DNA of 64,000 bases, taken from IMG/VR virus record IMGVR_UViG_3300009553_000019, positions 64,001-128,000 of that record, one strand, 5' to 3'. The stretch comes from a virus. Each line of letters opens with the position of its first letter. Position 1 is the first letter of the stretch. The notes beneath the pieces were generated by a model. The model made no database searches. It was not told the origin of the DNA and saw nothing but the letters and a program-made list of their open reading frames with translations. Shown here piece by piece: positions 58,216-64,000 of the stretch. The position numbers were made by a program, and so were the translations under genes.

Positions 58216-58414
58216 GTCAGGAAAGCTGCCAATAACCATCACAACAGCTAAAGGGATCTACAAAGCTTGCGTATGCTTGATCAAGAACAGAGATGAAAAT
58301 GGTAGGCCTAAAGATCTACACTTCATCGCTGACGATAAGACGATTACCCTAGAAGGTGGGGAAGAGTTTGTGATTGGTTATTTCCCTGAAGATGTCATCT
58401 CAAAGAAAGATTGA
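58154..58414 (+). CDS. hypothetical protein (start uncertain)
   Basis: Overlaps the upstream gene; possible CTG start at 58226 after AGGA. Confidence 0.45.
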   Translation: MSQKRKLRKSVIKSSNQSQLKSGKLPITITTAKGIYKACVCLIKNRDENGRPKDLHFIADDKTITLEGGEEFVIGYFPEDVISKKD

Positions 58415-58669
58415 ATGATGGCAGGACTTAAGTCGATCTCTCTAAACGTTGAGGCTGCTGAGGAGCTAGCACTCATCAGTTCAGTAGATGATTCGGTTTG
58501 GTTGGTTATCTCCTTCAAGTGGTATGACTTGGCTACCTTAGTTTGGTGGATTCTGACACCCTCTACTAAGCGTGCAACGATTGTATTGACTCTTCATGGT
58601 GGAGAGAAAATTCGTGCCAAATGTGTTCGAATTGCTAATAGACATGCTCGTATTCGTGGGTTTGTGTAA
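58415..58669 (+). CDS. hypothetical protein
   Basis: 84-aa ORF abutting the upstream stop. Confidence 0.5.
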   Translation: MMAGLKSISLNVEAAEELALISSVDDSVWLVISFKWYDLATLVWWILTPSTKRATIVLTLHGGEKIRAKCVRIANRHARIRGFV

Positions 58670-58678
58670 AAAGAAAGA

Positions 58679-59677
58679 TTGATAATGCCTCAACGACCAA
58701 ATGTAGAAGCTGCTGACGAAATCCTTAACCTGTACTTCCCTGTTCTTGACCATGGTTTCGTAGCCTTGGTTGACTACATGGGTGGCGATGCTTCTGTAAT
58801 CAGAGCAGCTAGAACCAGCTATGGAGCAGGGACAAAACGATCTACAGAAGATCGAGCTCTTGCTAGATATTTGCAACGACATCGCCATACGACTCCATCA
58901 GAAATGACTGAGATTGTTGTTCACATGGGGCTGCCAATTTTCGTTGCTAGGCAGCTGGTTAGGCATCGAACAGCATCGCTTAACGAATACTCAGGTCGCT
59001 ACAGCAAAATGCCTATGCTGTTCTATCGTCCTGATCAAGAGCATCTTCAGCTTCAGTCAAAGACTAACAAGCAAGGAAGGGCTGGTGTAGTTGATGATGG
59101 GACATTTCATCGATGTGAATCTCAGTGGAAATCGAACGAAGAAAATGCTAAGAGCTACTATTCAAACCAACTAAGTTATGATGTTTCTCGTGAGTTGGCG
59201 AGAATTGATCTTCCACTTTCAACCTACACTTACTGGTATTGGAAGATGGATTTGCACAACCTGCTTCACTTTCTAGGCTTACGGTTAGATAGTCATGCCC
59301 AGTATGAGATTAGAGCTTTTTCGAATGTTCTAGCAGGAATCGTTCAAAGGATTGCTCCTGATACCTTCGAAGCCTGGCTGGAGTATGAGTTTTGTGGCGA
59401 GCGTATGAGCTACACTGAAATGGAGATGCTTCGACAGATGCTTGTTGTATCAGTCCCTGATCAATTTCCTAACGCCCAACAACTAGTACAAATGTCAACA
59501 AACAAAGATCTAGTTTCGGTTATGCCTGGATTATCTAATCGAGAAGTAGGGGAGTTTTTGAAGAAGTTCCAGCCCCGGACAAAGCCTGATTTTAGCCTAG
59601 ACTTGAGTACTGGTAAAGATGCCTCATTCTTTGAAGAGAAGATCCTTGCTGCAGTTCCAGCAGAAGATCTGACTTAG
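58679..59677 (+). CDS. thyX: flavin-dependent thymidylate synthase
   Basis: AARTSY, H.TPSE, RQLVRHRTASLNEYSGRY, RELAR, NLLHFL.LR..HAQYEIR. Confidence 0.96.
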   Translation: MIMPQRPNVEAADEILNLYFPVLDHGFVALVDYMGGDASVIRAARTSYGAGTKRSTEDRALARYLQRHRHTTPSEMTEIVVHMGLPIFVARQLVRHRTASLNEYSGRYSKMPMLFYRPDQEHLQLQSKTNKQGRAGVVDDGTFHRCESQWKSNEENAKSYYSNQLSYDVSRELARIDLPLSTYTYWYWKMDLHNLLHFLGLRLDSHAQYEIRAFSNVLAGIVQRIAPDTFEAWLEYEFCGERMSYTEMEMLRQMLVVSVPDQFPNAQQLVQMSTNKDLVSVMPGLSNREVGEFLKKFQPRTKPDFSLDLSTGKDASFFEEKILAAVPAEDLT

Positions 59678-59709
59678 CATTCAATCGTCTGGTATTCTTA
59701 AACCTAACA

Positions 59710-60354
59710 ATGCTTGATTATCGTCAACGTGCTAAGACCCCACTCAATAAAATAGCTAAGACGATTGAACGTCTTTCAAAAGACGAAGAGCAAGTGTTGT
59801 TAGCAAAATGGCAGATAAAGAAGGATATCAAGGCTAGGAACGATTTGATCACAGCTCACTTACCACAGATTTTGCAGATCTGTGGTAAGTACGTTTCTAA
59901 GAGTCGTCTATCAATGGACGCTCTTGTTGGAGCTGCCACTGAGGGTTATATCGTTGCTTGTGATAAGTTTGATCGAAGCAGAGATGTTAGGTTTGTAACC
60001 TACGCTTCTCTCTGGGCAAAAGCCAAGATTATCGTAGTTATTCGAGACTTCAAGTTTCAAGGCTTGAATGGTAAACATGTTAATAACCATTTCTTCTTAG
60101 ATTTTGATCATGAAGACTTCCAGTTTGAAGCCAAGTCTCAACCCTCTTATGAGGATCTGGAATCTTTGGCTTCGATTAAAGATGCTATTCCAAAATTGCC
60201 TGCAAGAGAGCGTTTTGTAATTGAGAAGCTTTATTACGATGATAGTATCAAAACCAACGAGGACCTAGCTGCCGTGATGGGGATTAGTAGAGAACGCGTT
60301 AGGCAGTTGAAGGAACGAGCTCTAAACTCTCTGTCAGTTCTTTTAGATACATGA
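59710..60354 (+). CDS. sigma70-family (RpoH/RpoD-like) sigma factor
   Basis: ARNDLITAHL, KFDRSRDVRFVTYA..W, LPARER..LAAVMGISRERVRQL. Confidence 0.9.
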   Translation: MLDYRQRAKTPLNKIAKTIERLSKDEEQVLLAKWQIKKDIKARNDLITAHLPQILQICGKYVSKSRLSMDALVGAATEGYIVACDKFDRSRDVRFVTYASLWAKAKIIVVIRDFKFQGLNGKHVNNHFFLDFDHEDFQFEAKSQPSYEDLESLASIKDAIPKLPARERFVIEKLYYDDSIKTNEDLAAVMGISRERVRQLKERALNSLSVLLDT

Positions 60355-60608
60355 CCAACGATCATGTTCCAGTCTTGCTAGAAGTTGGCGACGTAGTAAA
60401 GTACAAGTATCGACATGTGGTAGCCATGTCTCCACATGGAGGAGCATTAAGGAAAGTGCTTCATACTCAGCATGGTGAGATTATTCAAACATTTGGAAAT
60501 GTCACCGTTAAGGTTCAATGGACGACTGGAGAACCTCGCTACGAGAAGGTTGCTAACTTACGTTTGTTTAAACGAAATCATGTTGTGCTAGCAATGAAGG
60601 ATTGGTAA
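60351..60608 (+). CDS. hypothetical protein (SH3/KOW-like)
   Basis: VGDVVK..G.I..VKVQW. Confidence 0.5.
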   Translation: MTNDHVPVLLEVGDVVKYKYRHVVAMSPHGGALRKVLHTQHGEIIQTFGNVTVKVQWTTGEPRYEKVANLRLFKRNHVVLAMKDW

Positions 60609-61040
60609 ATGACGAAACCTGCGGAAATATGGGTTAATTTCGACAGTAATGGAGCGCCACTCTATGCATATGCTTCAGAGAAAGAGGGGGTCGATGGAGC
60701 AGGGCCAAGCTTTCCTGTTACACGATATATACTTCCTGTCATACCAGCTGGAGCTGTAGAGGACGCTCTGAAGTTCTTCAATCGACTCGTGAAGGATCAA
60801 AAGAGAATAGGGCTAGGGGTCGTCTATGCCATCGAAGCTAGAGACTACACCGTAGCTTCAGCTGCGACCAGAGCTGGTAGGTTAGCACTTTGGGCAGAAT
60901 TTGAAGCTGAACTGGATGGGTTCCATGCTCAAAGCATCGAGGCTAAGTATGCGATCCTGTGTGACGTGATCAAGAAATTCCGCGCCAAGTTTAGCACTAC
61001 AGTGGGGAAGTTTGAACAGTGCGATGGAAGGGTGAGGTAG
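60609..61040 (+). CDS. hypothetical protein
   Basis: 143-aa ORF. Confidence 0.55.
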   Translation: MTKPAEIWVNFDSNGAPLYAYASEKEGVDGAGPSFPVTRYILPVIPAGAVEDALKFFNRLVKDQKRIGLGVVYAIEARDYTVASAATRAGRLALWAEFEAELDGFHAQSIEAKYAILCDVIKKFRAKFSTTVGKFEQCDGRVR

Positions 61041-61041
61041 G

Positions 61042-61257
61042 GTGATGGCCTGGGTATTTTACACCGGATTTGTGGGTGGATTCTTGATTGGGTTCTTGGT
61101 AGCATGGGTTGGAAAAATGAAATCAACTCAGTATACAGTAATCGCTGCTGATAGTGTTGTTAGAGGACAGTTAGATCAAGAGATTAGAAGAGCGAATATC
61201 GCTGAGGAACGGGTTCGGTTAGCTCGCAAAGCGCTAGACGACTTTCCAAAAGCGTAA
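61042..61257 (+). CDS. small membrane protein
   Basis: N-terminal TM helix plus coiled coil. Confidence 0.55.
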   Translation: MMAWVFYTGFVGGFLIGFLVAWVGKMKSTQYTVIAADSVVRGQLDQEIRRANIAEERVRLARKALDDFPKA

Positions 61258-61271
61258 ATTACGAAGAAAGT

Positions 61272-61535
61272 TTGGAAATGAACAACGACGAACTACAGGA
61301 CTTGAAAGACACTTTAGAGTTGGTGGAAGCTGAGCTTTACCTCATCAATGCAAGACTTCGATTGGTAGGTAGTGGTTTGGTAATCGGAGATGCTGTAGTT
61401 GATGTCATATCAGTTGAAAAACGGTTTTTAACCCTCAGAGAGAAATACCTGTATAAGCAGAAAGAGAAGATAGAGAAACAACTCAAAGCAGAGACAGAAC
61501 GAAGAGATTGGGAACTTAGGACTCAACAAAGGTAA
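61272..61535 (+). CDS. hypothetical coiled-coil protein
   Basis: 87-aa ORF. Confidence 0.5.
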   Translation: MEMNNDELQDLKDTLELVEAELYLINARLRLVGSGLVIGDAVVDVISVEKRFLTLREKYLYKQKEKIEKQLKAETERRDWELRTQQR

Positions 61536-61541
61536 AAGACA

Positions 61542-62702
61542 ATGCAAGACTTAGAACAAAAAATCAAATCGTTAGCAGCTAGAGGTAATGGTCGAAAGTC
61601 AATCGCCAACTTCCTAGGAATTACGGAGTACCAAGTCAGGAAGGTTTTGAAGGCAAAGACCTCACAAAGACAACCTAAGAAAAAGAGAGCTTTCAAGAGG
61701 AAACCACTAGAGCAGATGACCCATGCTTTCTTAGTGGTTGATGGTTCTGGATCAATGTCAGGGTTGAGAAATGCAGCTTTGAAAGCTCTCAATACTACCA
61801 TCTATTCGATAAAAGAAAACGCCAAGAAGACAAAGCAGAAGACAACTATCAGTCTTCTATGGTTTGGTGTAGGGGCAGGAGGGATCAGACCAGAATTCTT
61901 TAGAGTTCCTAGTGACGAGGTCGGTGTAGTTCTTTACTACCCGACTGAAGGAATGACTCCGCTTTATGATGGGATTGGAGAAGCAATCACCCAGCTGAAA
62001 ACGATTGGGGATTCTCCAAACGTCTCGTATCTAGTTATCACCATTACTGATGGTCACGAGAATAACTCTTATCGTTATGTAAGAAGTATTCATGAGATGA
62101 TGCATAACTGCCAAGTTACTGATCGTTGGACATTTGCGTTTCAAGTCCCGGTTGGGCAGAAAGAAGCAGTTGCTAGGGAATTGAAGATCCCTTCGGGAAA
62201 CATAACTGAATGGGAACAGACAACTGAAGGCGTTGCTAACGTTACTGTTCAAACTGTAGTAGGTGTGTCATCTTACTTTAAGGGTAGATCGGCTGGTGAG
62301 TCCTCAACAAAGAAGTTTTTCGTTGAAGCTGGAGATCTTAGTAAAACAGAAGTAAAGCAGGCCCTGACTGATATACGGTCAAAGGTAAAGGTCTTGCAAG
62401 TCAAGCGGGAAGTAGAGATTAGAAGCTTTGTCGAGCATTGCCTAGGCAATTATGAAAAAGGCTCTGCTTACTATCAACTGACTAAGCCAGAGAAGGTTCA
62501 GAGCTACAAGAACATCCTGCTAATGCGAAAGAGAGATAAGGCAATCTATGGTGGAGTTCAAGCAAAATCTCTGCTCAACTTTCCGCCTGGAGATGTCAAA
62601 GTCGTTCCTGGCAATCATGGAGATTGGGATATCTTCGTACAGAGTACTAGTGTAAATCGTAAACTGGTTCGAGGTACTCAGTTGCTGGTGGTAAACCTAT
62701 AA
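61542..62702 (+). CDS. HTH + von Willebrand factor A domain protein
   Basis: N-terminal RKSIANFLGITEYQVRKVL; MIDAS DGSGS, TPLYD, ITDG. Confidence 0.85.
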   Translation: MQDLEQKIKSLAARGNGRKSIANFLGITEYQVRKVLKAKTSQRQPKKKRAFKRKPLEQMTHAFLVVDGSGSMSGLRNAALKALNTTIYSIKENAKKTKQKTTISLLWFGVGAGGIRPEFFRVPSDEVGVVLYYPTEGMTPLYDGIGEAITQLKTIGDSPNVSYLVITITDGHENNSYRYVRSIHEMMHNCQVTDRWTFAFQVPVGQKEAVARELKIPSGNITEWEQTTEGVANVTVQTVVGVSSYFKGRSAGESSTKKFFVEAGDLSKTEVKQALTDIRSKVKVLQVKREVEIRSFVEHCLGNYEKGSAYYQLTKPEKVQSYKNILLMRKRDKAIYGGVQAKSLLNFPPGDVKVVPGNHGDWDIFVQSTSVNRKLVRGTQLLVVNL

Positions 62703-62870
62703 ATGAGAGCATATTACTGGCTCGTATTTTTTCGTAGCAAAGCTACAAATCAGTGGGCAGGACCATTCATATTCTCAACGATAAAAGCAGCCAGAGTATG
62801 GCTGGAGAAGTTAGCTGAAAGAAGAATCTCAACTAAAGATCATAAGATTGTGAAGTATAAAAGAGCTTGA
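62703..62870 (+). CDS. 55-aa hypothetical protein (not in ORF track)
   Basis: ATG directly after the TAA; MRAYYWLVFFRSKATNQWAGPF... Confidence 0.5.
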   Translation: MRAYYWLVFFRSKATNQWAGPFIFSTIKAARVWLEKLAERRISTKDHKIVKYKRA

Positions 62871-62986
62871 AGCTAGTTAGTTGCGCTAAGTTAAACCTGT
62901 CATTAGTAAGTTGTAGCTACAGCCAAGCTAATAGTTCTTATGACAGGTTTCTCTACTTGTTATAGCAGTGTTTAGAGAGGTAAAAG

Positions 62987-63667
62987 ATGTTGAAGACTTA
63001 TGCAATTTATTTTCGTCGTATCGGATCACCTGCAGAACCATTAAAAGAGCCTATTGGTGACTGGAGGCCAATTGAATGTAGTTTCAGTAGAGAAGTAATT
63101 GAAATGAATCTGCAGCGGATATGGAGAGCATGGTCACACGATCCAAAATCCTGCCCTTATGAATATTTGCTAGCAGAGTTTTCAAAAGATCGGGATGAAG
63201 GACCTGTGCGATCACCACAGTATAACAGCCAACCTACATATGGACCAACAGGGTCTAATTGGGTTGATGAAGCTAAGGGTGCTAATGGCCCATCAGAGAC
63301 CACGAGTGATGGAGGACCAAAGCTGAGAACAGCGTTTAAGATATACAGAGCACCTGAACCACTTCCGCTTGGAGCTAAGGTTAGGGTTATTACCAACGAT
63401 GGCTTACCAGTAACGCTAAGACCTGTTTTGAGTGTTATTGATTCCAAGTACAGAGGTGAGGTTGGAATTATTGGTATTGTTAACTTTGGTGGTCACTATC
63501 TGATTATCGATGGAGAATCTGCTGGTGGTTATGCGTCAGCAGTAGAATTGCTTGAATACCCATTAGAAGTTGCAAATACAGACGGTGAACAAAAGCAGGA
63601 ATATTGTTTATGTGGTTCGAAGGCAGTGACAAGAGCTGGCCTATGTGAATCTTGCTTCTTAGGTTAA
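62987..63667 (+). CDS. hypothetical mosaic protein
   Basis: AGAGG SD; SH3-like module and C-terminal CLCG..CESC. Confidence 0.6.
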   Translation: MLKTYAIYFRRIGSPAEPLKEPIGDWRPIECSFSREVIEMNLQRIWRAWSHDPKSCPYEYLLAEFSKDRDEGPVRSPQYNSQPTYGPTGSNWVDEAKGANGPSETTSDGGPKLRTAFKIYRAPEPLPLGAKVRVITNDGLPVTLRPVLSVIDSKYRGEVGIIGIVNFGGHYLIIDGESAGGYASAVELLEYPLEVANTDGEQKQEYCLCGSKAVTRAGLCESCFLG

Positions 63668-63669
63668 AG

Positions 63670-63852
63670 ATGAGCAAATACGAAGGCCCTGATCCACCAT
63701 CAGGATATGCTCCAGGTATATTTGATGTAGTTAAAGCTAAGACAACTACTGACCAGGAATGGTTAGATGGCTTCCATCTTTATTGCTTCCAACTGCGAAT
63801 CATCAGAAGCTGGGAAGAGACGTTGCTAGCATGGATTTTAAACAGAACGTGA
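63670..63852 (+). CDS. hypothetical protein
   Basis: ATG 63670 just after the upstream stop. Confidence 0.4.
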   Translation: MSKYEGPDPPSGYAPGIFDVVKAKTTTDQEWLDGFHLYCFQLRIIRSWEETLLAWILNRT

Positions 63853-64000
63853 AGACTTGTTGCGTATGCAAAAACAGTTATGGTGAACGTCATGTTGGTC
63901 ATCATGTAGAGCAACCTACTGGACTAGTTGAATGGTACTGCTCAAAAGAATGCGCTAGAGGAGAGGTAAAAGTGATCCATATTGTCGGTAGACCCTTGCG
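63849..64000 (+). CDS. partial Cys-rich ORF running off the window
   Basis: GTGA-coupled; CCVC..YCSKEC. Confidence 0.45.
   Translation, partial: MKTCCVCKNSYGERHVGHHVEQPTGLVEWYCSKECARGEVKVIHIVGRPL

Noticed and set aside
47-63447. All minus-strand ORFs in the track (e.g. 48592-49134, 43763-44170)
   Set aside because: They lie mostly antisense to well-supported + strand genes and have no recognisable motifs

Overview
This 64-kb window comes from a large (jumbo-type) tailed bacteriophage genome. Genes are densely packed, essentially all on the + strand, use the standard code, and are often translationally coupled through ATGA/GTGA/TTGA overlaps. Layout: (1) 1-9.4 kb replisome: SNF2 helicase, DnaC-like loader, DnaB-like helicase, HU, GroES, primase, beta-clamp. 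(2) 10.3-23.2 kb dispersed 7-deazaguanine pathway: QueD, QueE, Gat-QueC, QueC, a TGT/DpdA-like transglycosylase and FolE, interleaved with a radical SAM enzyme, two methyltransferases and a tRNA-Ile2(CAT). (3) 23.5-41.7 kb: PolA, DnaX, SSB, RecA, a Tad1-like anti-defence protein, SbcCD, nucleotide metabolism, an apparent RusA-RuvA fusion and trigger factor. (4) 43-54.8 kb: large mosaic, probably virion-internal proteins punctuated by K/R-x-A motifs. (5) 55-64 kb: sigma factors, ThyX, a vWA protein and small ORFs. The most notable candidates are the expanded deazaguanine (dG+ or further modified) DNA modification system, a 16-nt antisense element able to pair alternately with the initiation regions of two adjacent genes, the RusA-RuvA fusion, and the putative protease-processed polyproteins. 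All family assignments come from motif recognition by eye; no database searches were run.
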